Source: Octopus sinensis
Lineage: Eukaryota
Reading direction: 5' to 3'
Length of the DNA: 64,000 nt
Assembly (NCBI RefSeq): GCF_006345805.1
Contig: NC_042999.1
Coordinates: 80,290,001 to 80,354,000 of the forward strand
In this document: one piece after another, positions 14,223 to 29,853 of the stretch
Layout of the letters: each line of letters starts with the position of its first letter
How positions within the stretch are numbered: position 1 is the first letter of the stretch
The notes under the pieces: generated by a model
Database searches by the model: none
The model's input: only the letters and a program-made list of their open reading frames with translations
Told to the model about the DNA's origin: nothing
Translations under genes and position numbers: made by a program

Positions 14223-14949
14223 GTATGTATATATGTATATATATACATATATATACATATGTATGTATATATGCATGTGTATATATATACATACATACAT
14301 ACATATATACTCACATATACTCGCACACTCATTCAAACATATATGTAAATATATGTGTATGTATATGTTTGTGTGTGTGTGTGTTTGTGTGTGTGTTTGT
14401 GCGTGTATATATGTATGTATTGGTAAATATATTAATAAACATGCACTAATACACGCATCTTCGCGGGTGTGTGTACCTGTGTGTGTGTGTGTTTCTATTC
14501 GCTTATGCGCATTCTTGTTTCTATGCATCTATGAACGCCTCTTGTTTTCTCATGTATACGTATATCTAAGTAAGTCTGTATCACGAACAACACACACGCA
14601 TGCAAACATAAGCGCACAAACACACAAACAGCCCTATACTTACCTGCACTAACACACGTAAACACAAATACGTATACAAAATACAATAATACTTCAATGT
14701 ATTTATGTATATGTCGTGTTTGTCAGTGTACCTGTGTGTGTATGTATGTACGCACTAATGTTTATTACTTTTCCCCGAGGACGAACTCGGTGCACCAATG
14801 GAACTGTCCACACAATTGTTAATAAAATCTGTTTCTTAGTCGTGATGGCGTGTGTTGTTGTGCCGAGTGATTGCACTAGAATATATCTATATAAGTATGG
14901 TTTCCTCTTTAAATGTGTATACATACATACATAATACATACAAACATAC

Positions 14950-15024
<75 letters not shown>

Positions 15025-15026
15025 GC

Positions 15027-15079
<53 letters not shown>

Positions 15080-15304
15080 AAACACATAAACACTGACATG
15101 TATGCATGTATATACGGACACGGATTTCTCATACACCTACACGCACCTCCGTATTTATGAATCTGAAAATATATACGTACATACAAATATAAATATAAAT
15201 ATAAATATAAAGTGCAAATTTACTAAATTTCGTCGCCAGGATTTGTCGAAAACCGTCGAAAACACACACGCAGACACATTTACACGCACATCTGTGCACC
15301 ATAT

Positions 15305-15394
<90 letters not shown>

Positions 15395-15687
15395 GTGTGT
15401 GTATATATATATATATATGTGTGTGTGTGTATGTATATATATATAAATGTGTGTATGTTTGTGTGTATGTACATATCTATATGCTTGTGTGTGCCTTTGT
15501 GCTCCGCACGTATTGCTTGTCAATAGGCGCTGTTCTTTTCGATCCCTGTAACCTAGCTGTTTTTTCAAAATATGCAATAGTATAAGTTTCTGATTTTAAA
15601 GCTGTAATTAAAATCCATCAGCATGGTCGCAGTCCTATGACAGGAGCTCGTAAATGTATGTATACATATATACATACATAGGTATAG

Positions 15688-15759
<72 letters not shown>

Positions 15760-15789
15760 GCACATACATACACACATACACACACACAC

Positions 15790-16500
15790 AAGCAGTTTGA
15801 AATCAGGCACGCCTATCACAATTGCTGACAAAGATGCAGTAGAATCACTTCTCGACTTTATGAATGAGTTTTTCTTGTCCCAACATGTACTTTCACCAAC
15901 AAGATATCAGAACATTTTAGACCTTGTGTCTAGTAACCACACTAACATAATACACAATATTTCTGTGGAAAAAAAAAACTTCTTTCAGACCATGGCATGC
16001 TTCTCTATAACCTGAGATTTCACCAGCTGAAAACTAACCCTAGTGACCTCTCTCCAACCCATCTATTTGATTCCTCGGATCTCTATGATGCCGACTGGGA
16101 GGCAATCATAAACGATCAATCACACGTTGACTGGTCTTTCACACATGCACACATCTCCAGCATCAAAATATCTTGGCAGATCTTTATAGACAATGTCACA
16201 TGCATATGTGCTAAGCACACTCCACCAAGACGTGGGAAGAAAACTAAGACAATTATCAGAAAAAAAAAAAATTAATTAACAAACTAAAATACTACTAACA
16301 GTCACACATAAATTCGAAGGCTATCACCCTGCTCGAATCAAAAAAATATAAACTCCAACAATGGATGAAGACCATCGTCGATAACTAAAGAATAGCTGAA
16401 GAGAAATGGGCCGTTGAGAAAATCAAACTCAACCCCAAAGCGTTCTTCTCTTTTGTGAAAAGACTCAAGGTCACTGTCTCCATTGTTGGCCTTCAACTGT
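15790..16500 (+). mobile_element. CR1/L2/Jockey-like LINE relic (AP-endonuclease end and linker)
   Basis: FMNEFFLSQHVLSPTRYQNILDLVSSN matches the PTR..NILDL motif. It is followed by frameshifted ICAKHTP and WAVEKIKLNPKAFFSF segments. Confidence 0.65.
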
Positions 16501-16575
16501 TTAACACAATATGCAGGCTGTCATGGCAGCAAATAAACACTGCACAAATGGAGCCACCGTCACACACACACAACA

Positions 16576-16644
<69 letters not shown>

Positions 16645-18008
16645 CATACACACGCTCTCACACACACCCAATAACGAGTAGTTGAACACCAGTCTTCCGA
16701 GTTTCTCGCTCACCTTCTCGTTCAGGACAGTGTGTATCCTAACGAGATAATTCGTTGCCAACACTTCAACTGTCCATTAGAAGGGCGCAAAATAAACTAT
16801 AGAACAATGTGTACAGCCGTTCCTCCTAAGTCCAGCTGCATCTCAATTTACGAAACTTTATGCTGAATGTGCAATGTACAATATCCTCGTCATGCCTTCA
16901 TGCAACAAAATATGAATTCAAAGCCTGTTCATGCGAACTGTTACTCCCACATGCCAGAGTCGATTTATAGGTTAGTATAACACTTCGCATACGAAATTAA
17001 GCTGTCTTAAAGACCATTTTGGTACCACAAGTTGTTCCATGTACGAGGAGCACAAAGAAGGGCGAAGATCTCTTAAAGATGTCTTAAAGATCAATCAAAA
17101 CAAGAATTAGTTTTATACCTTATACATGGGAACCGATTATTTTTATGATTTTGCTAGTAATAAGTTTTTGTTAATTTTAATCATTCCCCACATCCAATTT
17201 TTGCTACATGAGCAGAATGAAAATAGTTTCCTGTTTAGCTTATGTTACTATCCATTTTGAGCGAATCACTGTCTTAACTAAAGAAATACTGAACCTGCCG
17301 TACTGATTTTGACGAAGGAATATTTCTTTTGGCTTCAACGTATTACCACCTAGTTCGTCGTGAAAATGTGAAATTTAAGTAATATTATATATTTACACAT
17401 ACGCACATACATGCCCTCACGCACATACATGCATAATACATACATACATATATACATTCATACATAAATCAATCCATCCAAGCATCCATCCTTCCATCCA
17501 TCCATCCATCCATCCATACATACATACATACATACATACATACATACATACATACATACATACATACATACAAACATACATACATAATGGATAAGCTTGG
17601 ATTTTCAGAAAAAGAAATCAACCAACTGACTCGCACATTACAAAGGCATTGTTTACGTTATCTACATTTCAGCAACGGAACTTTGTATCTTTGTTTGAAA
17701 TCAGCTCCTTCTTCAAAGAAAAAATTTAATAATTAAAAACAGAAAAGAATATTCATGCATACACACATACATACATATAGACAGACATACATATACACAT
17801 GCACACATCTAGCAAAGTGCAGTTATGCATATGGGTATGTTTGTATGTATGCAGATAAGTATAAAAATTTAATTGAATTTTCCGATTTCCATTTTTTATG
17901 GATGGCTTACGTAATCTTCAACACTCAAAGACATTCATAAAACTGTAGCATAACTTACTTCATAATTTGCGTTCCCACACCGTTCTTCGTATAATTATAT
18001 ATATATCT

Positions 18009-18057
<49 letters not shown>

Positions 18058-18658
18058 GATAACAATTAGGAGTGACCACTAGGCCGCTGGTAGCGATAAA
18101 TTTCTATTGAATTTTTTGCTACCCTAAATTGACTATATATATATATATATATATATACATAAGTTATCTGGATTAATCGACTTCAGTTTATCTCTATCTC
18201 TTAAGAGAGGGCTAACAACAGAACAAGTATCATCGTAATAATAATTGTGTAGGAAAACATGGAGTTGACCTTACTACATTTCCTGAATTACAAAATAAGT
18301 GCACGAGTCAAATTTGGGGTAATACATGACTCCAAAACATCAGCATTGTGGTGCCTATTCTTGCAGGTAAACACAAAGCATATGGTCCGATAAATTTTAT
18401 GGAAAGTGTTAAATTTCTCTATAGAGTGTCGCTCATAAGACGTACATGACTCAGATGGATTAAATGATGCTCGAGGGCTACAGCTTATCACACAGCCTTT
18501 TTTTCTATTGTGTCGATATAAGTAGTCGCCATATTTTCCCGTATACCAGGTCTAAAGAGTATATCGTGTTCCTTAAGAATACTGTTATCTAATGTCCGGC
18601 TATTTAATACCCAGTACGAAACTGATTGGTAACATCGCAAGCGCGCACACTCACACAC

Positions 18659-18736
<78 letters not shown>

Positions 18737-19698
18737 CTCAAACAGTCAGACACACAGACACACGGACACACACATATATCGTTGCTATTGTGCAAAAGTG
18801 TCGTAACTCTAAAATATTACCTATCAGAAAATGATAAAGTAATTTCATCATTCCTTAGCAAAACCGTTGTACTACACTTTGGCAATTTTTGATATCTTGG
18901 CATCAGAAGCAGCTGGAGATACCATAGTTTGACCAAAAGATCCGACAAGCAAAAATTAATATTAAAGAAAACGCATTTTGCCAGATTTTGATATACAACT
19001 GTCTAACATAATATATATATATATTAGCCATGCTGGACCGCTAAAAACTACTAGTTTTTTTCATTCTCTCACAGCTTATTTTGTCTTATTGCTTTCTGCC
19101 GAGGAACGCAGGCTCGAAACGTAAGAGACTTTTCCATTTTTCCCGAGCGTCAAACTAATACATATACTTGTTGTTCATACACCTGTCTTCGTCTTTTGTT
19201 TTTCTCTATATTTCAATTATATATATATATATATATATTTATATAAAGATACACACGTATACTTGTGTTAGTATGCGTATGAGAATTTCTGTGTATGCTG
19301 CTGCTTACGAAAGAATTTGATCGCATGGATGTATTTGCATGCGCATGCATTTCTTTAGGTACCTGTTTGATAAAATCCATAATTTTCTGCACATGCATAT
19401 CATCAGTTCTACACATCTTAACAAGTTATGTTGAAGCCTGCTGTTTTCCCGATGCGGATGCAAATTTTGAGTGTGAATACTGTAGACAAATACATTCACG
19501 TACTTCTATGATATGACTATTGTGAGCGTGTATATATATATTATATATATATATAGACATATATATATGTGCGTGTGTGTGTGTATTATACTCTCTCTCT
19601 CTCTCTCTCTCTCTTTTAATCTGTTTACACCCAAACTCACATACGTATATATAAATTATGTACATGTAGATATATATATGTATCTTTATAAATGTATA

Positions 19699-19774
<76 letters not shown>

Positions 19775-20184
19775 CGTGTGGCATGTTAGTATGATTGCAT
19801 GGATACATATGTACATAGAAATGTAGGTATGTATGCATGGTATGCATTATTGTGTGCATGTGAGAGCATGTGTGCGTGAGCATGCTTTTACGTGCATTAC
19901 CATTAAAGAACTCATTTCAATATACAGTTGTGTTAAAATGCGAAGACACTATTATAGGTGTGCATGTAATTATGGATTTAATCTAAGAGTTCCTTACACA
20001 TACCTACGAACACTCTTTTTCACACGTTCACACACATTCACGCATACACGCAAATTGGCATACACACAAATTGGCATACACGCACATATGAAAAACGCCA
20101 TATATTTTCTGTAATTCAGACACGAATATACTTATTCGGTGCGCTTTTGGACGCACCAAGATCTATTGATCTTTTCATTACATG

Positions 20185-20900
<716 letters not shown>

Positions 20901-21345
20901 ACACACGCGCGCACACACAAACAAACCTGGATGCATGGATATACTTTGGTACGTATACACGCGCGGGTATATACATACCTTCAACGCATTCAACAAGATA
21001 TATTATGCTTGCATTTTTGTTTGTGATTTTAGCTTCTTTTCTCTCTGTCTTTTATGTTTTCGCACCAACCTGCCGCAGCAGAATGACTCATTATTCCTGT
21101 GATTATTGGCTCGACTCCATAGGAATTTCCTCTATACTGGGATTAAGTTATTGCTTACTGATTACATCGCCGTTTTGATATGGAAGCGACATAGCGTCGT
21201 AATTTACCGGAAACGGATATCATACAACAAAAATTTACTGTGAGCTTTTTTAGGCATCATTATTATTATTGTTGTTGTTGATATTGTTGATGTTATTATT
21301 ATTATTATTATCATCATCATTACTACTACTACTACACTACTACTA

Positions 21346-21380
<35 letters not shown>

Positions 21381-21547
21381 ACCGCTGCTACTACTACTAC
21401 TGTTATTATTATTATTATTATTATCATTATTATTATTAATAATAATACTATAGCTACCATGACTGATGTTATGATCAATTTCATCATTATCATTATTATC
21501 CTTGTTGTGGTTTTGTATGTTATTATTATTATTATTATTATCATTAC

Positions 21548-21594
<47 letters not shown>

Positions 21595-22057
21595 CATTAT
21601 TATCATTATTATTATTATTATCATTATTATTATTATCATTATTGATGTTGTAGTCGCTGTTGTTTTTATTATTCCATGTTACTGACTGAAGCAATAGGTG
21701 AGGATTGTGCAATTATTTCTTACGATATTATTGTGCTTTCCTCTTTCTGTTTTTATATTTATAGTTTCGCGGAAAGTTTCTGATAGTTTCGGAACACGTG
21801 ACTGAATACCTTAGAGCATGCATTCACATTTCTCTAGAGAACCAAAAACGTTTGACTTTTTTGTCTTTATATTTCATAAGTGGCAACAATATATTACACT
21901 GTAGCTAATTCTGTCCGCATATATATAAATATATATGGGTCTAGATACGTGTGTATGTGTGTGGTGTATCTGCTCTGTGTGTGTGTGTGTATGTATGTAT
22001 GTAATGTATGTATGTATGTATGTATGTATGTATGTATGTATATATATATATATATAT

Positions 22058-22089
<32 letters not shown>

Positions 22090-22129
22090 ATATATATAGA
22101 TATATATATATATATGCATATATGGAAAA

Positions 22130-22310
22130 AAGTCATGGTACAGAATGCTAAAATAATTTTATAAAAAACATTTCAGCACCGGTTTCAGTCATTGAGACCT
22201 TTTCAACTGTAGTATGGAAAACAATTACATTTTGGAAAAATTAAATGAAAAGTATTTTAAAAGAATATTTGCGTAGTATTCAAATAAAAGGGGTATTTTC
22301 CTTGTTTCTG
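22130..22310 (-). mobile_element. PLE terminal repeat-like element carrying a hammerhead-like motif (22174-22209)
   Basis: Same family as 9670-9732 (shared TGGAAAAAAGTCA...AATGCTAAAATAATTTT...CATTTCAG.ACCGGT). It abuts (TA)n and contains the motif CAG-UUGAAAA-GGUC-UCAAU-GACU-GAAA-CCGGU-G-CUG. Confidence 0.55.
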
Positions 22311-22375
22311 CCTGTCTCTGTCTCCCTTATTTACTTTTGTGGGTTGGAGGTCGTTGGGAATTCTTGGCAGAGTAG

Positions 22376-22635
22376 CAGAAGAAGAAGAATAAGAAGAAGA
22401 AGAAAAGAAGAAGAAGAAGAAGAAAAAGGAGGAGGAGAAGAAGAAGAAGAAGAAGAAGAAGAAGAAGAAGAAGAAGAAGAAGAAGAAGAAGAAGAAGAAG
22501 AAGAAGAAAAAAGGAGGAGGAGAAGAAGAAGAAGAAGAAGAAGAAGAAGAAGAAGAAGAAGAAGAAGAAGAAGAGAAGAAGAAGAAGAAGAAGAAAAAGA
22601 AAAAGAAGAAGAAGAAGAAGAAATAGAAGAAGAAG
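22376..22635 (+). repeat. (GAA)n / purine-only tract
   Basis: About 260 bp of almost pure GAA/GGA repeats. Confidence 0.95.
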
Positions 22636-24482
22636 AATGCGGGAATGGTATAATAGAAGTAGGATGTTAAATGGTCAAATACCCTGAAAGTGACTTGTGG
22701 ATGGTAGTAGTGACTGCATTCTTGAGATATCTCTTTTGAATGTTTAGTTTATAATATTTGCTAAGGTGTTATTCTAGACCTTTTCAATAGTCTTGACTCT
22801 TGAGAGTCAAGTCTATTGAAAATGTTGCAACGAAAATTTTTGGAAAATAAAAATAAGAAATAAGTGGAAATTTTACCGGTGAGTGTGTTACATTATAAGG
22901 CACAAAAAGAAAATGACTCTCCCCAGACGCAACAGAATATGCTTCAACTTACGAACTCATATAAAGAATCCTGCAAACAAAATCCCAAAACGATATATAT
23001 ATATATATAAAAGAGAATGAGATAAAAATCCAAGGCTTTCAGAACATTTATAAAGAGGATTTCTTTTTATCTCATTCTGTTAATTTTTCTTATATATACG
23101 CATGTTGATATATGACCTGCGTTGGACTCTTCATTCGCATTTTCACCGAACCTGGAACTTAAATATAGTCTGTCCATAGCACTTACTCAGCATTACCCTC
23201 TTGATACCATTACCTCTCATAACCTATATATATATAAATATACATTACATGTATCTCTGCATATGTGTACGTGTATGTATATAATTTGTGCACTTACTAA
23301 TACATGCACACTCATACACTCTTTTAAACACCTATCAACCTACATATATACATTCACGCATGTGTTTGGGTACATGTGCGTACTTAATTCACATCTTGTA
23401 ATTTTCGAAATTAGAGTCATACATATATATGAATGATGGTACATGGAACATGTGTACACCAGGGTGTATTCATTCAAGCTGACACTCATGAAAGAAAATA
23501 TTTCCTGCAATTTGCATAACTGTGGTATGAAGTTCATACCTTGTATTCACGGAGGACAAAACACCCACGTGTATTTAAATACATAAGTATATATACACAT
23601 ATACATAAATATATATGTATGTATATATATGAATATATGTATGTTTGCATGTATGAATATATACATGTATATACATGTATGCAGGCATATATATACATAT
23701 TCACACACATACACACACATGTACACACATACACACATATGAGTGTTCGTGTATACATACAAACATATACACACACACAACACACACACAGACACACATA
23801 TATACTTGTATGTATATATACATATATACATACACACATACACACGCATATATAATACAGATTCTTAACATCACTTTTGAAGTTTCATGTTAGACGCTTT
23901 TCAAGGCAACTCAGTCGAAACTAGAATCACTGTGAACTATTTCCTCCCCGAATTCAAATAAATCACACACATATCCTACGAATTTGTAAATAATAATTAC
24001 TGATATTGGTTTCAAATGTTGGTACAAGGCCAGTAGTTTCAGGAGAGGGATATGTCGATTATATCGACCCTAGTGCTCAGTTAGGGTTGTTATATGCTAT
24101 AATCGATCCCGAAAGCAGGAAAGGGAAAGTCGACCTCGCTGGAGTTTGAATACAGTCCATAAAGACGGATGCAGTGCGCTAAGCGTTTTTCCCGATGTTC
24201 TAACCATCGATGTTCTGCCAGCCTATCACCTTAATAATTACTATTGTTATGTATATCATTAAGTGCATATAAGAAACACCGATGTAGTAATCCATCTTGC
24301 TCTGCATGAATTCATACAATCTATTCTATCTTTAAGCCTATTTTTTCAACACGTTTATTAGAAATAGAGTGTATATGTTTATATATTCTGTTCTATGTTT
24401 AATAATTTGTATTTTCTTTTGAGGAAGGAGCCGGTTTGTAAGGAAAAAAAATATCAGCATTAGAATGTAGGTAAGAAAAGTA

Positions 24483-26000
24483 ATGTCGGATCTGAACTTG
24501 AGACAATCTTGCATATTTTTACTTTTCTGCTTAAAGAGTTCAATTTTAAATTTGTAAAGAACCTATTATCTGGCTTATTTCTTTTTCTGACAAGCCTACC
24601 TTTTCTTTATTTTTGTTGTTTTACTAAGGGATTTTCTGACAAAACTAAGTGCACCAATTACTATTGGTATAAATGTGAATTTGTAATCTGGGTACAGCAG
24701 CTGAATATTTCCTTGCATCTGCCTATAGTTTTCTTTTTTGTCTTTGATTAAAAAAAAAAAAATATATATTGAAATAATTAAAGCAGCTTATATTCCAAAC
24801 AATTATATTTGGCCAATGATGTTTGCACTTATTATATATGTATCCTTGCGTAAATTGTTATGGATGTATGCAATAACGGAGGCGTCCTCTGTATATATCC
24901 ATGGACAGTCTCGTTTTCTGACAGCATTGTATATTGTTTTTGTGACAAAATTATGTATGTCTGTATGTATGTATGTATGTATGTATGTATATATACAGCA
25001 CCTCGACGACATTTTTGGGCTGTTGCTGATGGCACGTGGGGTGTCTTCTGGGGTGAATGTGGCAGGTCAAAATGTTTGGTTTCATCTTCGGCTACAAGGA
25101 CTTTACTGTTTTGTTTTGCAACTGGATTGCTTCCGTTTAATTTCATTAGCACCTGCATTGCAGATTTATCCTAAGAAGTCTTTTGAAGATAACAGCAGTT
25201 GTGTATAGGAAGACATTATTTGACCAGCAATTAATAAAACATGATTCCATCTACTCTCCAGCAAAAGCTTCGATAACTTTTAACATGAGAGCATTTGGCA
25301 TTTTATTTTATCTCTTTAAGGATGGCCAGTCGCTTAACGTCAAATTTAGCATGTGTGGTTTCATAATTTTCATAAATTGAATATATTCCACAGCCTTCTT
25401 TGTTGAATCGGGTACATTTGGTGATACACAAGATTTTAGTGATGGTAGCTTCGGATTGGTTGCGTTATTCTCGTTTCCTCTAATAACAGAGTACTCTAAT
25501 AACTGTTCTCATTTATTTGAAGAAATTGATTAGCATCATCAGAGATGAAATAACGATTACTATCGTGATAGCTTTTTATTGCCGAAGCAAGAACATATTT
25601 TTCTTCAACCATTTTGTTGCCATACTCTTCTGCTTAGGAGATTGCGTATTTCATGAGACTCAGTTCGCCTAATAATTTCTTTCGTCCTTGACAACTCTAC
25701 AGTACAAAACTGCGACAAAATATACTTTGCGTCAATTATATTCCTCTTCCCAAGATATATTCATTTTTTCTATATCGTTGATACTGACCCAGATCTCAGA
25801 GTAAATTAAAAAAAAAAAAATTTTCTTTCCGATTAAGATTGTTACTTTCATTAAAACTTTAGCCATAATTTCATTATTGAGATAGCAAGAAACCCTGCTG
25901 AAAACTGATCTGTTTCACTGGTTGTGCCTTTCGTAAGATTTATCGCTAACGCAATAAGTATACACCATCGTGTTTACAGACCTAATCCTAGGAATGTTCC
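24483..26000 (-). mobile_element. Degraded R4/RLE-type non-LTR retrotransposon (RT tail, zinc knuckle, restriction-like endonuclease)
   Basis: Minus-strand fragments SPKMSSR..RHNFVTKTIYNAVRKRDCP, CKHHWPNIIVWN and KKENYRQMQGNIQLLYPDYKFTFIPIVIGAL, plus KVKICK near the end, resemble RLE-LINE C-termini. Many stops and frameshifts. Confidence 0.6.
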
Positions 26001-26199
26001 ATTTATAACCTGAAATTTCTCACTTCATACAAATTATAAAATCAATAGACGAAATAAATCTGATTAAAACTGATTAATCTTTAAAACATAAATTGCATTT
26101 TTTCTTTCATAACAAGCAGTGTCTCTCTTAGACAATATTATCCAATACATCTCTCTTTTTTGAAGACGGTTAAGTGCAACTACATGGAGACCTGGTTGC

Positions 26200-26900
26200 T
26201 ATCTTTAGCAGTTTGAGCGATCATGTAGAGGTTTCAGGGCTGAGTCGTAAGTTATTTTGTCTAGTATACTCTGATATAGCCTGTTGTTGGTTTGCGTTTG
26301 CGTATGGTAATATTTACATTGAATGCTTTTCTTTTACGTTTCTTATAGCTGTCATAAAGTGATTTGAATGTGTCACGGATCCATAGTCCTAGCGGTCAGA
26401 AAATATCAAATCAGGATTTTACTGTTTCCATCAACACTGCTCTATACAACTTGTATTGGTAAATTTTCTGAAATACCTTGTTGACGTCTACATATATAAC
26501 TTCAACATTTTATCACTTTTCAATGATGCTAGACTTTATGAAATGGCACAGCCATCATATTAGGCAGTTTGTAACCCGCCTGAAGGCATGTTGATTGTAG
26601 AAAAGGAATCAGAAAATTATTTATCTTTGTCCTTGATATTCTTTCAAAGATATTACAATAATGTGTGAGTTCAGAGAAAATTGACCTGACAAGTTAAGTA
26701 TATTTTTGTCTGTCATTTCATATAAATAATATTTATTGGTTCAGTTTCTCGAAGACGATGCACCAAGTACCACTGCTACTAAAAGTCAGTTGAAAAATAT
26801 TCATGCTGCTATTTCAAACCAGCCCTACATCTCAATGAAACAGTAAGCAATTCAATGCTCTCTTTTAAACATAGAACTTGAACTACATATAGCATTTCTG
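26200..26900 (-). mobile_element. Degraded CR1/L2-like RT fragment
   Basis: Minus-strand NQHAFRRVTNCLI and VEVIYVDVNKVFQKI resemble the QHGFR..RSCL and VIYLDF.KAFD motifs. Confidence 0.45.
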
Positions 26901-27029
26901 TGGAAATAAAGCGCAGATCTCTGAGGTACTACTTCAGGATTCCTTAACTTAAACATATTAAATGCGTTTACTAGTTTATTTAGGCACTAAATCTAAATCC
27001 ATATGGCTTATTTTATCTATTGTGCGTGT

Positions 27030-27084
<55 letters not shown>

Positions 27085-28972
27085 GCTCAAAATGACCCTT
27101 CATTATGCTAGTCTCAGTTATTCCATTATATGGAAGAACAAATAGTGTGATTGATAGCTTCATTGATCCAGAGATATCATATCTCTTCTTAAATGAAGAA
27201 ACATAACAACATATAGACACATAAAGTTACTTGTTCATTTATACTGCTCATTACAAGAAGCAGGTCCATTTCTATTAGGTTACGTGGTGGACTCGGTCTT
27301 ACGGCAAATGTTTTCCACATTTATTGTTTGTGTTTAACAACCTAAATCAGCATGAAGCGAATATTCTTATCAATGTAAGTAGGTTAATAAAGGCGGCAAG
27401 CTGGCAGAAAAGTTACCACGCCGGGAATTTTGTCCGTCTTTACGTCATGAAGTCAAATTCTCTAGAGGTCGAATTTGTCTTTGATCCTTTCTGGGTCGAT
27501 AAAATAAGTATCAGATAAGCAGTGTATTTGATGTAATCGATTTAGCCCCTCCCCGATCTTGCTGGCCTTGTGTCAAAACTTGAAAGCAATATTAGTATGT
27601 GAGCGCGTGTATTTATACCTTTGTAACTGAGTTTGGGTAATGTTTGGAGAATAGTGTTCTAGTGGCTTTCTGAGTTGTTATAAATAAATGTGTGACTTTA
27701 TGATTGATTATGCCTCTTGTGACAGAGACGTATAAGTGTTAAGGTTTCCACACCAGCATATTGTATTTCTTGATTTTGTAGAAAGTAGATCTATATGTAT
27801 GATCTATACATGTAAATGTATTTGTATAAATGCATAGTAAGATGTCTGGTTTTTAAAGTTTGTCACAGATACGTCTGGAGAGTGTGACAACACAGGCAGG
27901 ACTAATAATTTATGTTTCGTACTGAAGTATAATTACTTTTTTTGCTTGGTGAAATGTTAGTATCTGAGTGCTCCTTGTATACTTTGTGTATGGTTTTTTA
28001 CATTCTTTAAGATTTTACTTATTTACTGTGTTATAAGTAGTTCATAAACTGTTCTTTGTTTTCAATGTAATGTTTTGCTTATATTGTTTAATGTAATATT
28101 TGATTATATAGGTTTGCTTTTAGTATTCAAGAAAAGAATGCAAGTAGTATGCAATTTTTAGATTATTTTGTTAACCCCTCATTGGAAGATGGTTTATATA
28201 GTGTTCGGATAGCTATATATATATACCTCAAGCTGGGCATCAAAGCTATCTCCATATCATCTTTCTAGTATATTAAAATACATAACGGATGTGTTTTTAC
28301 AATTCTTATGATAAAATAGTATGATCTATGCCTGCTTTAATTGTGATATTTTCAATGGTAACCAAGCTATATGCAGGCTTTGCCATTAGCTCATTGTCTG
28401 TACATTCCATCTTCAACATTCCCTATTTGAATTAGAATATGGTCCCTATATAACCCTCCTATCACTTTGTTACTTTCTTGTGGTTATGCAGCTGGAATTC
28501 TCGGAAATTAAATTGGTTTGCACTACTGGGAAGCAATACATGAGGATAACAAGACAATGTATTAACCACGGCGAGGGAGCTAGCAACATGAATAGCAACC
28601 CACACTTGACAGTGTGTCGCTCTAGAGTTCCAGATGGATAGACCAAGAACGAAGTTATCAGAGTGATCTGTGTAACCTTGATAGGGAACGACAAGACGCT
28701 ATCTGTAAAAAGTCAGGGCCTTGTAGCAAACTTTACATTGTCTTCGTAATATGTTACCATCAAACTGCAGCCGAGTAGATTCGAGAGTGTACCGTTCTGT
28801 TTGTTGTGGAAGAAACTAGTTCCACTAATCAGAAACTTCACTTATTAACAAAACCCTAGGTGCAGATGACTCTTGATGAGTAGGCACACACAGAAGAGGT
28901 AACATTTCTGCAGAGGTTCTGAGAAGTTGAGGTTACTTTTCATCAGGCGCAGATTTATCCGTAGCCCCCCCC

Positions 28973-29003
<31 letters not shown>

Positions 29004-29816
29004 ATTCTTTCTTTTCTATCTCTCTCACTATTTCTCTCTCTCTCTCATTTTTCTCTTTCTATTTCTATCATTATTTCTCTCTCTCACCCTTTCACTTTCT
29101 CTTTCTCTCATTATTTCTCTCTCTCTTATTCTCTCTCTCATTCTTTCTCTTTCTATCTCTTTCTCTATTCCCTCTCGCTCTCTCTCATTCTTTCTCTTTC
29201 TATATCTTTCTCTATTCCCTTTCACTCTCTCTCATTCTCTCCCTCTTTCTCTCTCTCTCTCTCTCTCTCTCCCTTCCTAAATGACCTTTAGTTCTGGTGG
29301 GAAGTTAATATTTTCAAGGATTCACAGTACTATATAAATGCGACCAGTAGAACGTCAACTCTACAGAGTTAGTAGCGAACAGGAACATCGGATTTCTGGG
29401 AGATAATCCGGCTGGCGATGCTCAGTGTGAGGATACGTTGGATATCAATACCCTGGGGAATATTATGGATTCGTCTTTTGGGATAAAATTATTTTAATAA
29501 ATGTAGTTACTTTTGGGTTACGTGCCTATATTTCATGAATGTATTTATTTACTTATTTATTGTTATCTACAACTCGGGTGATGTGTAATTACTTCTTTGA
29601 GTTGCAGATTTCGCCACAAGGGACCTATTACTGGTTTACTGCATTTCCAATGGGAAAATTATAAAGCGTTGACTTTGTAACTCCGTAAACGAAATCTATC
29701 ATAGGAAGCTTCATTCGAAAAGCGTTCATTTTTGATTTTTTTGCCGATCAACGAAATATACACACACAAGCACATATCCAAACTGTCCCGTACAAACACA
29801 TACGTATATGGAAACA

Positions 29817-29849
<33 letters not shown>

Positions 29850-29853
<4 letters not shown>

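Noticed and set aside
19929-19986. EGF-like peptide CVKMRRHYYRCACNYGFNL
   Set aside because: Only three cysteines, no coherent splice frame and no neighbouring EGF exons. Probably chance.
23014-23078. 15-bp perfect inverted repeat AGAATGAGATAAAAA
   Set aside because: Too short and isolated to assign as a MITE or structured RNA.
29325-29500. TATA box after a long (CT)n tract as a promoter
   Set aside because: TATATAAA is trivial in this AT-rich context and there is no supportable downstream gene.
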